Below, piece by piece: positions 14,747 through 27,400 of a DNA stretch of 64,000 nucleotides (position 1 is the stretch's first letter; each line of letters begins with the position of its first letter). The notes under the pieces were generated by a model that saw only the letters and a list, made by a program, of their open reading frames with translations, was not told the origin of the DNA and searched no databases. Made by a program: the position numbers and the translations under genes. The stretch is from NCBI GenBank assembly GCA_047495785.1, contig JBLDXI010000021.1:2046001-2110000 (forward strand). The letters run 5' to 3'. The DNA is from Lepidodermella squamata. Its lineage: Eukaryota > Animalia > Gastrotricha.

Positions 14747-15677
14747 ATGAGCAGAGGAACCAACTGGGATCCCGAAAACTCAGCCGATTGGGATAACAAG
14801 CAACCCAGCTCAACTTGTCTGCTGCGTCTAAAGCGCGAGCTAGGACACATTTACGAGGACCCACCTCAAGGGATGTTTATCCTACCGGACAAAAATGACA
14901 TCTGCAAAATGCATGCCCTAATGTGAGCTTTGAAATTAAATATGATGCCCTGGCCATATGCATATATTTTTGTCAGAATTGGACCCAGCGGTACACCCTA
15001 CGAAGGGGGATTCTTTTATTTTTACATTCGTACTCCTCCGGATTATCCCATAAATCCTCCTCGGGTCAAGCTCCTCACGACCGGTGGTGGAGCTGTAAGA
15101 TTCAACCCGAATCTCTATGCTAACGGCAAAGTTTGCCTTAGCTTAATTGGAACCTGGGATGGCCCTGCATGGTCGCCGGCATTGAATCTCACCTCGCTGT
15201 TGCTATCGATTCAAAGCCTGATGAATGAGCATCCATACAACAACGAACCGGGTTACGAAAGGGAGCGATACTCCGGCGATGTTCAAGTATGCTCAAGTCA
15301 CCGAAATTTATTTCAGAACTCAAACTCTTATTTGTGTGATAGCGTTATAATGACATAATTCGCCATGAGACGATTCGCGTGGCCGTTTGTGGCATGCTGG
15401 AACGCCGAGATCTGCCTCCTACGTTGATGGACTTGATGGAAAACGCCTTCCTTGAATCCTATGATTCTTTCGTACAGATTTGCGAAAAAAATTCAGCCTT
15501 AACCGGTCAAAAGATGAGGGTATGTGTTCATTGAGTCATCATTGCTGCTATAATCTTCTAGTGTTTTAGGACCCCTTCGGTGAACAACGAGGCTCCTATG
15601 ATTACAAAGGCATTATCGCTCGCCTCAACGCAATTCACACTCGCTGCAAAGAAAAGCTATCGTCTGCAATGAAATAA
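14747..15677 (+). CDS. UBE2Z: Ubiquitin-conjugating enzyme E2 Z
   Basis: Exons 14747-14922, 14977-15286, 15343-15519, 15570-15677. Motifs [38 protein letters not shown] (catalytic Cys), HETIRVAVC and DPFGEQRG. Confidence 0.95.
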
Positions 15678-16000
15678 TCGGATGTAAATGAACTCAAAAA
15701 TCTTACCTTTGCCCAAAGTCATGTATGCGGGCGGCACTCCGCCTTACTTTGTTTTTATTTTCGTTTTTTTAAGATGCGCTCATGCTGAGTGTTAGCGTTC
15801 AAGTGCTATTCTTGCGAAAAGTGCTGTCGGTGATATATAAATATATAAAACATCATTTCAAGCTAATAAGCATGTAAAATCCGCGATCATCGTCACACAA
15901 AATTGTCCGGATCATGATTGTATTCGCTATGAATACCCAAGTTACCTGAAAAAATGAAACAGAAACAATGTAAATGTAATATTTTCTAGGAATAATACAA

Positions 16001-16802
16001 ATGGCTTGGTTTTTTATCTCGCTTGGAGTTGTTGGAATACTCATATTAGTTCTATTTGCAACCTTGTCATTAGGTAAGAGTTTTCGTCGAAATCGTCTTC
16101 CAATTCATTACTCTGGATATTTTGTTTTTTTTTAGCTGCGGGCATGTATTATCTGGCGGAGCTTATTGAGGAATACGCGACAGTTGCGGCGAAAATATTT
16201 AAATACCTAATTTTTGTAAGTTTAAAATATGCCTGGTCACTTGCTTCTTACAGATAATTTGTCAAATCTGATAGGCTGTGATTATTGTCGTCGTACTCCT
16301 CGGCGTATTCGAAGACGTTTCTTGGGGTCTTATAGTTTGTCTACTTATCAGCAACGTTTGCCATTTGGGATTGCTCACTAACTTCCCTGCATTTGTTGCG
16401 CTTTCGCCGTCATCCATTGGAACAATTCTTACATTTATTGCTAATCATTACTACGGCATTCAATATTTTGCGACGAATTGGCATCCCATGTACGAAGTTT
16501 TCTCGTTTTTCACTGTTTGCGTATGGCTGGTGCCGTTCTTGTTTTTCGTGTCACTCACTGCTAACGAGAGCGTGCTACCAACTACGATTGCTCAAGAAAA
16601 TAGGTCACAATATCCCAGTGGTGAGTGGAGCAGTAAAGACATTTTTATATTTCATTTTACCTGAATTTGTTTAATTCATCTAGAAAATACCGATTTAATT
16701 TCTAACTATTTCGGACGGCGATCCACCAAAGTCAACTTACTGTCTTTTCTCAAGTCGGCGCAAGAGAAATATTTGCCGAAGCTCGGGAAGAAAACCTTTT
16801 GA
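16001..16802 (+). CDS. TEX261: TEX261/Svp26 ER-Golgi membrane adaptor
   Basis: Exons 16001-16073, 16136-16215, 16275-16620, 16684-16802. Motifs AAGMYYLAELIEEY and CVWLVPFLFFVSLTANESVLP. Confidence 0.93.
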
Positions 16803-16989
16803 TTGTATTTTTCAAGTCTCACTTTGGCTTACCGGTATCTTTGCTGCTGAAGTCATTTATTGTATTAGTGCCATCTAGATTTTCTTTCGCGTGGTTGAAT
16901 GCATGAAATTGGAATATGCCTTTCAAAATCACCTATATTTTTATCATTTTATTTAGAACACCTTTTGTTTTATTACTCATCGAAAAACA

Positions 16990-17808
16990 ATGGCTCAGCC
17001 ATTTAAAATCGTACTCATCCGCCACGGAGAGAGCCAGTGGAATAAGGAGAATCGTTTCTGCGGCTGGGTTGACGCCGATTTGGCTGAAACTGGCATTCTG
17101 GAGGCAAAAGCCGCTGGCAAGATGCTGAGAGAGCATGGCTTCACTCATTTCGACGTTGCTTTTACTAGCGTTTTGCAACGTGCCATTAAGACCTTATTCC
17201 ACGTGCAAGAAGAGCTTGGTCTTCATTGGATCCCAGTTCACAAAACGTGGCGTCTGAACGAGCGCCACTACGGTGGCCTTCAGGGCTTGAACAAGAGCGA
17301 AACTGCCGCAAAGCATGGCGAAGCCCAGGTTAAAATCTGGCGTCGTTCATACGATGTTCCCCCACCACCGCTCGACGAGGGCAGCCCGTACTCGACTGGC
17401 AACGATCCCAAATATGCCGTAAATGATTAGTCCGATTAGTCTACTAATTTTCTAATTTGTTCGAATATTTTTTAGAACTTGGACAAAAAATTACTCCCGA
17501 CTTGCGAATGCCTGAAGGATACTGTTGCCCGCGTCCTTCCGTTCTGGGGAGACGTTATTGTTCCGGAAATTAGGGCCGGAAAGCACATCATTATTTCAGC
17601 TCATGGTAACAGCCTGCGGGCCATCATCAAATATTTGGACAATTTGAGCGAGGACGCTATCATGGAGTTGAATTTGCCGACTGCCATCCCGCTTGTTTAT
17701 GAATTGGATCCGGTCACCCTGGCTCCGATCAAGCACTACTACCTGGCTAGCGATGAGCAGGTCAAGGCTGCCATTGACAAGGTCGCAAATCAAGGAAAGG
17801 CTAAATGA
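16990..17808 (+). CDS. PGAM: 2,3-BPG-dependent phosphoglycerate mutase
   Basis: Exons 16990-17418 and 17476-17808. Motifs [10 protein letters not shown] (phospho-His), [17 protein letters not shown] and C-terminal NQGKAK. Confidence 0.97.
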
Positions 17809-18184
17809 GCGGCTGAAAGCTTGCATAAGAAAATATGACTTATATAATAACTGCCATTGAACCTGAATGAAATTATTATAGAACCTATAATATATCGTTC
17901 CCGAATATAATTCACTCTAGTTTTTTGTGCTTTTCACCGCCTCTTTCAGAGCCTAGTTGATCGGAGCAAATACCGGTTTGCTTTATGTGTTATTTCTATT
18001 ACTTATTATATAGCAAGTGAGTTACACTAGCCAACTTGATCCTTCTTGTCGACCGTTTGATGGTTCTTAAATCTCGCACGTGTTATTTTTATGACCCTGT
18101 GATTGCTTAGTTGAGTTCTCCGGAAGATATAATAAATGTTGTTAAAAATTCTTTTTTTTCTTCTTAGGAATATTTATTTATATT

Positions 18185-20807
18185 ATGCTGTTTTCTTCGA
18201 TACCGGATGATTTCATCTGCGGAGCTGTCGAAGGATTTTACGGTCGGCCGTGGACTCAGGAGCAGCGGCGAGGACTTTTCTCCCTGCTGAAAAGTTTCGG
18301 AATGAACACGTATCTGTATGCGCCGAAAGATGATGTCAAACATCGGGCTGCATGGCGGGAGAGGTACACGGCTGAAGAGGGAAAACTTCTCACCGACTTG
18401 ATCGAAGCCGCTAGAGCAGCTGGAGTACGGTTTGCCTACGCCATATCGCCTGGTTTAGACATTCACGTTCCGGCGAGGATGAAAATCAAGTTTTTGAAGG
18501 AAAAGCTCAGCCAGGTGCAGTCTTACGGCTGCTCGTCGTGGGCTCTTCTTTTCGACGACATTTATCTCGAGCTGTGCCCGAGCGATCGCGAAGAGTTCGG
18601 CGGGTCAGCTGCGGCTGTGCAAGCCTTTATCGCTAATGAGATTTATCAGTTTTTAAATCAACCTCCTGTCTTTCTCTTCTGCCCCACCGAGTATTGTTCT
18701 TCCCGAGCTTCGCCTAATGTGATAAGTTCAGAGTATCTCCAGACTCTGGGTCATCAACTGCACTCTAATATCGACATAATGTGGACAGGACCTATGGTCG
18801 TGTCGAAATATATAAATCCTCAATCGCTGAGTGATTTGATTCAGGTGATCAGGCGGCGTCCTGTTATCTGGGACAATATTCACGCCAATGACTATGATCA
18901 AAAATGTTTATACCTCGGCCCGTATGATGGGCGGTCTACCGATTTGTGCGATCATATAAAAGGTGTATTGACTAACCCGAACTGCGAATTCGAGGCAAAT
19001 TACATGGCATTACATACCATGGCTCAGTGGTTGAGTGTTTCCTACCTGCCGGATGTGACTCAACGCGATAATATGGAAGAACGAAATCCGGACGAGACAA
19101 TAACTGCGGATGATTTCGACGACTCGCATAATCACTCCAATCACCATCGAGATTCTCCGAAACAGCGCCATTATGACCCAAGTATTGCATATCGGCTAGC
19201 GATATCAGACTGGCTCGAAGGCCCGTTTTACGCGCCTAAGCCGTCGCCTAATTACGTTCAACCATTTGCGAAACCACCGTCATTTCTAGCTCCACCGTCC
19301 ACTGAAGTTGTTGCGACTTCGTTCGGCAGTGACACTGGAATGAGTGATAATTTGGCAAATCAAGGCGCCAATTTACCTTCTTTCGTTGATCCAGCTGTCA
19401 TAGCTTCGTATAATTCGAGTATCAAAGCGACATTCGCGGTATTTGACGAATCGTCTAACCATAGCACCGAAGCAATGGATTTCACGAATGTCACCCCGGT
19501 GCGAAAAAGTGAGAACAAAAACACCGTCACAAGTGACGATGAGCAAGAAGTCGGTGAAAGATTGACTGTCGATGAGATTGAAATGGTTACCGATTTGTTT
19601 TATCTGCCCTTCGAGATTGGTAGTTTTGGCGTTTGGTTGATAGAAAGTTTTTCTTGGCTGAGAGCAAACGCGCATTACATTAACTCGCGGGCTGCTCGTT
19701 CTTCTGACACTGAAATGGCGACAAAATGGCACACACGAGCCGACGAGTTTTGCAAGCGGAGCAAAATTTTCAATAGCGTGGTGGAGAAAGTTTGCGGAAC
19801 TGCCAATCGATCTTTGTTATTTGACCTCTATCCCTATGTTTCCGATGTCCGTTGCGTCATCGGGATGCTAGCGTCCTACGTGCGATGGCTCAGTAATGCT
19901 CGCGTTTTTAAGGAGGCGTTTTTGTCCGGCCAACAAGAGCCGTGGATGTTTCGCGGGGGTTTGACCGGCGAGTTGCAGCGGTTGCTGCCGACGGAAGGTG
20001 CTGGAGATTTGTTCTACACTCTTCCACATCGAGCTCTGCACGAAAAGATCTACACTGTTCGACCATTTGTTGCTCAAGACGAATCGGCATGTTACGACAT
20101 TTGCCGGAAATTCTTCCATAATATCACTGCTAAACTGAATGAAGCTTCTCTTCTTCACGATCTTGTGCCAGACGTGTAAGTTTTTGTCCGCAATCAATGA
20201 GACAGCCTCCTTTATTTGTTTCATCTGCAGCAATATTGGTGCGTTCCTGACGCTATCTCCCGAATATGCGTACGTTCTAGTCGAGGCTATCACTGGCAAT
20301 GTCGTTGCTTATTGCTTGGCTACGCTTGAAGCGAAGCAGTTCTACGAAAGGTGTGCCAACGCGTATTACATAGATATCGGCAATAAATACCCATCCGAGA
20401 TTGTGCTAAAAGTCGAAGACGAATCTATAGTGCCTATTATTAAAGATATTTTGAGTTCGATTCATTCATATGACCCGCCAGTCGCGGCTGAATCGCTATT
20501 TTCGCGCTATCCTTCGCTGATGGTGATTCACTACGACAAAGATCAGGTAGAAAACCCGGTTGTTCTGCGGCAGTTACTCGCCGTCTGCCTGGCCGCTTTG
20601 AAATCCAATGGGTCGATGGGTATCCATACCCAGCTGCACCCATGGCGGTGTGGGGGTGACATCGACGAGCAAGAAACGGTGTTATCACTCCTCGGTTTCC
20701 AAGAGCTGGCCGGCTCGCATTTTATAGTGGACCGGAAAAAGATCGGTGTCAATCCAGTCTCAGAAATTACTCTCCTTGTTCAAACAGTGTTCGGTCGCAC
20801 GTTATAA
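18185..20807 (+). CDS. OGA: Protein O-GlcNAcase (GH84 domain, stalk and pseudo-HAT domain)
   Basis: Exons 18185-20175 and 20231-20807. Motifs CGAVEGFYGRPW, YLYAPKDD, LLFDDI (catalytic DD), FCPTEYC, IWDNIHANDYD and EPWMFRGGLTGELQR. Confidence 0.96.
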
Positions 20808-21229
20808 AAGACGAAATATATGAGCAATATCGATCATTTACTTTACTGCGAAAAATCAAGCATACTTTTTATTTGAATGTTTTTTTCTTATAATAAAGTT
20901 GCAGACTTATTCTTTCATCTTTTAGATCGGTCAAAAGCCTTGCATTTTGTTCATGTGGGTGATTGATTGCTTCTTTCATTTCGTCTATTTTTCTGCTCCG
21001 ACGCCTGGTATAACTTAATTTGAAAAAATCAGCATATTATTGCAACTGTTATCATCTCTATTATTGCTATCGTTATTTCTGCTTTTTTTCTTTTGACTAT
21101 GTTAATCCCTCTCTTGGCCGAGAGATTGTTTTGATGATGACAATGAATCGATGTCAAAATGTGATATAAAATGCGATTTATGTCGACGTTTGTAATTTTT
21201 ATCATAGAAGCCTTTATAAAACGTAGCAT

Positions 21230-23451
21230 ATGGCGGCGGCGCAGAACATCGATCTGAACGCCATATTTGTTGATATTCACAAGAACTTCAACGCCGGAGA
21301 CTATGAGAAGTCTGTTCGCTTGAGCGACAAGAGTAAGTTCATTCCTGCTAATTTAACTCGGCGTCATCACGTGATTTTTCTCAGTTTTGAACAAGTTCCC
21401 CGGAAACAAGCAGGCTTTTGAATGCAAAATTGTTTGTCTAATCAATTTGGATAAGTATCAGGACGTGCTTAACCTGATAAATGAACACTACAAAGAGTAA
21501 TTTTTATTATTTTTGCGCTTGATTTTCTATATTGAAGTTTTTTTCTAGTGAGTTTCAGTTCGAAAAAGCTTATTGTCAGTATCGTATGAATCAAACGCGA
21601 GAAGCCCTAGCTACTCTTCGCAAAATTCCGAAACCTGATCAGAAAACCCTTGAATTGACCGGCCAGATCGTGAGTTGAATTTCTTTGAATAATCGTTGTT
21701 TATTATGATATATCTTAACAGCTCTACAAGCTTGAGGAATATGAAGAGGCAATGGACATCTACCTTAATTTGTCGAGTAGCACCAAGGATGATTATGTTA
21801 ATGAGAGAACTTGCAACTTTTTGGCTGTTTCGACGATGTTGAAGCGATCAAAGCGACACGATTCATCCGATGACATTGATGCTAGAATTCGCGCAATGTC
21901 ACAGTCAGAGTCCACCGGAACTTATGAGCAGTTATACAACATCGCCGGGTGGCTCATTGCCATTGGTGATTTACCGGCTGCGATTGCTTGCCTGCAAGAA
22001 TCCGAGTCCAAAATCAAGTCACAGCAATCGGATCCTGACTATGCTAATGATCCGTCGCTGAAGAGTGCTCTGTGCACTGTTCAAACCCAGCTCGCTTACG
22101 TCGAGCAAATTCAGGGTAAAAATGACGCTGCATTGAAGCTTTACAGTGAGGTTTTCAAGCAAAAACCGGAAGACGTTGCAACCCTGGCGGTTGTTAGCAA
22201 CAACATTGTTACGCTGCACAAGGAGCAGGATGTATTCGATTCGAGGAAGAAGCTTAAAGTAGCAACCTCAGAGTCGGCTCGTGTGAAACTGACCAGCGAG
22301 CAATTCTCTACAATTCTCTATAACCAAGCCTTGTTCTCGCTTTTGACGGGCCAACTTGACCAGACCGCCGAATCCATTTCTTCGGCTGAGAAGCGTTTCT
22401 CGGAGAGCGTCAGCGAGGAACGTTGGCTTTTACTGCGTGCCACCTATTTATCCCGTGATAAAAAAATTGACGAGGCAATCAAATTGCTGCAATCTGCGCC
22501 GAAGACGCTGCCAACGCAGCTTGCGCTTGCTCAATTTATGTTGTCGAAAGGCTCACTGAATGAGGCTATCACCGTTCTGCATTCTATCACGAAGGAGGTC
22601 GATTACGCTCCTGGTTTAGTCGGCGCCCTTGCCTCGTTGATGGAGAAGCAAAGCAGGTTGCCCGATGCGACTGGCGTACTTAAGGAGGCTATAACTTTCC
22701 ATAAGAAGCAGAAAAATGACGCAGTTTGCCAATCGCTGCTCCGTGCTGCTGCTGGGTTGAATCAGCGTCACGGCAACCTGGAGGTTGCCGCTCAGTTCTT
22801 CGAGCAGTTGCGCAAGGAATTTTTGCCAAATGACCGTACGATCTTGGCCCAATTGATCGCCATCTACCTGCGCACGGACCCGTCAAAGGCCGAGAAAATC
22901 GGGCAGAGTTTGCCGTCGTTGGACGAAGCGGCACTTTCGGTTGATGTCGCTACTCTCGAGCAGTCGATTGTTGGCGGTGGAAAACTCATCAAGGCTAAAC
23001 AACCGACTTCAGCTGCAGCGCCCGTCAAAACTACGTCTTCCGACCCGGCTAAAACTGCTGCTAAGAAAAAGAAGAATAAGAAACGCAAAAGTGAGTCATT
23101 TGCCGTAGTGATTTTAACTTTTCATTTATACGACGAGACTTTAAAGGTTTTATTGCTTATTATTTAATATTCTGTTTTTATTATTTCTTCTCAGAGCCCC
23201 CAGTAAAGAACTTCATTCCAAACTTCGTGCCTGATCCGGAGCGTTGGCTTCCAAAATGGCAGCGTTCCACTTATCGCGGTCCAAAACGACGTGGTGCTCA
23301 AAAAGGCGCCGTGGGCACGGGGACTCAGGGCGGTTCGGCCGACGCCGACACCGAGCATTCGTTGGGCGCCGCGGCAAACCAGCGTGCCACAAGCGCTCCT
23401 CAGCAAGCCGCGTCCCGGCCCAAGTCGCAGCAACAGCGCAAAAAGAAGTAG
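21230..23451 (+). CDS. SRP72: Signal recognition particle subunit SRP72
   Basis: Exons 21230-21332, 21385-21496, 21549-21669, 21722-23090, 23195-23451. Motifs FEKAYCQYRMN, TPR repeats, DVFDSRKK and a Lys-rich tract followed by the RNA-binding PDPERWLP motif. Confidence 0.96.
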
Positions 23452-23688
23452 ATTGTGAGATAAACTGGTGTATATTATTGATTCTCCATTTGATGGCAAT
23501 GCCTTATTATGCGGGCCGTGAATTCATCATGGATGTTGTGATGCTGTACTTCAAGAATGCCCAATGCTTTATCTCTATATCGTATGGTGCAGGATTCAGA
23601 ATAATATCGCTATAAATATATATATTGGTGTTTGTGCGCAAATTAATCGATTCTGCTTTATTTAGAGAAAACTGATTTACGTTTTGAA

Positions 23689-24390
23689 ATGCTCATCAAG
23701 GCCAAGGAGTTCGTCCAGCACGCGAAAAAAATCGTCGCAGTCGCTAGGAATTACAAGTAATTCTTCATTCAATTCTTTCTGTGGTATTTTCAAATTGTAA
23801 AATTTTGCAGGGCACATGCTGCTGAACTTGGTAATGCGGTGCCAGATAAGCCGATGTTTTTCATGAAGCCGACCTCGTCTTTCATCACCCCTGGTCAAAA
23901 AATCAAAATCCCAACCAGCGCGTCCTCTATCGATTACGAAATTGAGCTAGGCGTTGTGATAGGCAGCGTTGCCAAGGATGTACCTGTTCAAAAGGCGATG
24001 CAGCACGTCGCTGGATACTGTCTCGCCCTGGACATGACCGATCGCGCTCTTCAAAACGAGCTGAAAAGCAAGGGATATCCTTGGTTTTTAGCCAAAGGGT
24101 TCGACACGTCATGCCCGGTCAGCGATTTTATCCCGGCTGATAAAGTAGCCGATCCCCATGCTCTGACCCTGTGGCTGGAGGTTAATGGCATTCTGCGCCA
24201 GCGCGGGTCGACATCGCAAATGATTTACCCGATTTCGGATTTGATTGCCTACGTCACGCGTTGGGTTACCCTTGAACCCGGCGATGTTATCCTAACCGGC
24301 ACTCCTGAAGGCGTTGGACCGGTCAAACGGGGTGATAAAATTACCTCTGGCCTTGATGGATTTGTTGAGATGTCTTTTGACGTCGAGTAA
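23689..24390 (+). CDS. FAHD1: Fumarylacetoacetate hydrolase domain protein 1 (acylpyruvase / oxaloacetate decarboxylase)
   Basis: Exons 23689-23756 and 23811-24390. Motifs KIVAVARNY, FFMKP, DYEIELGVVIG, LALDMT, PWFLAKGFDTSCP and GDVILTGTPEGVG. Confidence 0.93.
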
Positions 24391-24573
24391 ACCTCTGAAA
24401 ACTGTCGAACTATCATTATCGAAATGCTAATCAAAAGATACGGTGCTTGCTTTGCCCTAATTTTGTAGTGTATTTACCAGATATATTAGTTTCTTTTATC
24501 ACTTTCATAGATCGAATTTACATAATAATTCGCTGTCTTTGCGCCAACTCTCCCCGGTTGGGGAAATTAATTT

Positions 24574-26411
24574 ATGGCAGGCGTTGGATGCTGTCGGCGT
24601 CGGAGGATAAGACCCGCCGTCCAATTTTTGCTGATCGCATTTTGCCTGTTCAATTTCTGTCTAGCCGTTATCTTCTATCAAAGGGTGTACGGTGACCCGC
24701 CTTCTGACGCTGCATCAGCGGATGATGGCAATGACAGCAATACGGGCGTTATATCTTTCATTGTGACGGAAAGTCAACCGACGAAAGATGTCGAGACACC
24801 CGTTGCAGAACCATTGCACTCCGAAAAAACCCAAGGAAACAATGATTTTGTGACGGAATACGAAGCACCAACGAATAATGCTAATAAATCTGCCGCTCAG
24901 ACATCTCAAAGTCAAGTTAATGACCTGAAATCCGCGCCTGAAAAACCTGCGGAAATGAGCAAAGCAACGAAAGAGCACGACATGCTCGTCCGGATCAGCG
25001 GTGCCTCCGACTTGAAATTGTTGAACCTCTACGAGAGTCGGAGTAGGAAACCGACTCTTTACAACTGGCACTTGATGAAAGGCGACATTGATGTGATAGT
25101 TGCTGTTCAAATCCACGACCGCGCATCGTATCTTGCGTATTTATTTGAATCGTTTCGTCGCGTGCGGAGCTGGCACAATTCTGTAATAGTTTTGAGTCAC
25201 GACTTTTACGCGCCGGAGATCGATGCTCTCGTAAAAAATTGTACCTTTGCGCCGGTTAGTTGATGCAATGTGTGAAATTACATGCTTTATAAATTTCTAC
25301 AACAGATTGTTGACATATACTACCCCGTCTCAAATCAAATTTTCAAAGACAAATACCCGGGTGAAGATCCACGGGATTGTACTCGTGATATGACTCCTGA
25401 AAGGTAGCATTCTAGATATCAACTAATGACATAATTATATGTTTTTTACCCAATTTCATATAGTGCGAAGAAGCAAGGATGCTACAACGCAAACTACCCA
25501 GATACATATGGGCATTATAGAGAAGCACGATTTTCTCAGACCAAGCACCATTGGATTTGGAAGCTGCATAGCATATTCGATGAAATTATCCCGAACTACA
25601 TTCCCAAGTTTACCGGGCAAGTACTGCTGTTGGAAGAGGATCACTTCGTGTCACCCGATTTCCTGCACGTTCTACGCATGGCTGCTAAAATGGCTGCTGG
25701 GAGCTATCGCATCGTGACTCTAGGCAATTACAAAGACTACAAATTTGGTGATGCGGCAAGTCGTTTCGCATCTAATAAATGGGTTTCTTCTCGCCTCAAT
25801 ATGGGCATGGCGCTCACTGCTGAAACTTGGAAATTGTTCAAAAGCTGTGTTAAAGTTGGTGCTAATTTAAATTTCATAAATTTTTTTATTCGATTTTGTC
25901 GATTGAAATTTAGACTTTCTGTGACTTTGACGACTACAACTGGGATTGGTCTCTGCAATTTACTGCTATTCAATGCATAGAGGGAAACCTCATGACCTTA
26001 TACGCCCGCTCATCCCGTGTATTTCACGTCGGCGAGTGGTAAGAGTCACGAATCTTTTTTAATTGATATAGCTGTTTAAAATACAATTCAATTAGTGCCG
26101 GCATTCATTTTAAAAACAAATGTGTCGCTTCGGAAAAAGTGGAATCGATAAAGGGAATGCTGAGTGACAACGAAGAAGCTTTATTCCCTACATCGCTATC
26201 CTTGGAGGAAGGGGTAACTACCATATCCCAGCTCAGACCCAAAGCCAATGGAGGCTGGGGTGACCCTCGTGATCGAGTTTTGTGCCGTTCTCTTTCATCT
26301 GGATCCTACTTGGACATCTTGAAGTCGGTAGATCGAGCTCAGGTAATAAGGCTTCATTCTGATAGAAATTGAAATCTTAACAAATGTGTATTTCAGACGG
26401 AACCGATCTAG
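24574..26411 (+). CDS. MGAT2: Alpha-1,6-mannosyl-glycoprotein 2-beta-N-acetylglucosaminyltransferase (GnT-II)
   Basis: Exons 24574-25254, 25306-25403, 25464-25854, 25914-26038, 26096-26342, 26397-26411 (retaining the last intron stops at 26372). Type II TM anchor; motifs VQIHDR, PGEDPRDC, QTKHHWIWK, LEEDH, FCDFDDYNWDWSL and NGGWGDPRD. Confidence 0.94.
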
Positions 26412-27400
26412 TCAGAGCATTCGCCTCTCTTCAAATATCTACCTTTGCAATATCCATCTGGCCGTTAGATTCATATCTTTTAAAAAATCCGGGTAGCTTT
26501 GTCTTGCAATATCACTCCGAATTTTTGTCGAACGCCACACAGAAAATGCCGTCTGGTCTTTCATAATACATTGTACTTCAATATTACAGCTTGTGCATTT
26601 TCAAATCTTTCGTCTTATAATACCTTTCCTCAGTTCCTCGTCTTTATTTAGAAGCGACAATTAGAAGACACGAGCTACTCGTATGCTGCAAGACTGTTAC
26701 TGCTTTTGTAAATTAGCGATTGGAGATATAAATTTGCGTTGCTTTGTCTCCATTATTTGAGGCTTGCTAAATGTTCGTTAATATAAAACCGAGCGCTTTC
26801 GGCAATGATTTATTTCTGTTGTTCCCGTTATCTATCTGCGGTTTCACAAAATTTGTTACAAAGCTGTTTTAGTTGCCAAATCCTCATTTGTAATTAAAAG
26901 CCTAGAGACGGAATATTGCAGTTCTACTTAAATAACTCTATTCTCGACATGCTGGTGCGCATATTACGCGAATAATTTTTCTTACTACCCATATTTGGCA
27001 AATTATTGATTTTTCTGGCGTTGATTGTTTGCTAACCACACATGTCATTGCTGGGATGTTCTGCCTCGCTAATTTTTGTTAGAATTTTTGAATTATAACA
27101 GAATTCTTGTAAAATGTGTGTGACATCAATACATGCGGTTGAATCATAAATGATGTTACTATATGTACTGTATAGCTATGGTAAAAAAAGCTTGATCGAC
27201 ACTGATGTGTGCTCGTCTACTGATTGACTGATAGAGAGTGTTACCATGTTCGAAATTGTGCCGGGAAATCAATTACAGTCTTTGTTTACTATAAAATTTC
27301 GAATTGCTGTTTTAATTGTTCGTCCTTTCATTTTTAGGGCTTTGATTTACGATGTAGAAGCTTTTCTATCGGCCGAGATACAATCGTGGAAAATTTGCCG

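Noticed and set aside
15934-15943. TACCCAAGTT, identical to part of nematode SL1
   Set aside because: Only 10 nt, with no following GAG|GT donor or Sm site; not an SL RNA gene.
16990-17808. PGAM as a bacterial horizontal transfer (gpmA-like C-terminus)
   Set aside because: It has a spliceosomal intron, the animal-type [22 protein letters not shown] motif and an expected syntenic context.
20176-20230. OGA intron retention as the equivalent of the mammalian short OGA isoform
   Set aside because: The intron lies inside the pseudo-HAT domain rather than before it, and in-frame stops in introns are the norm here.
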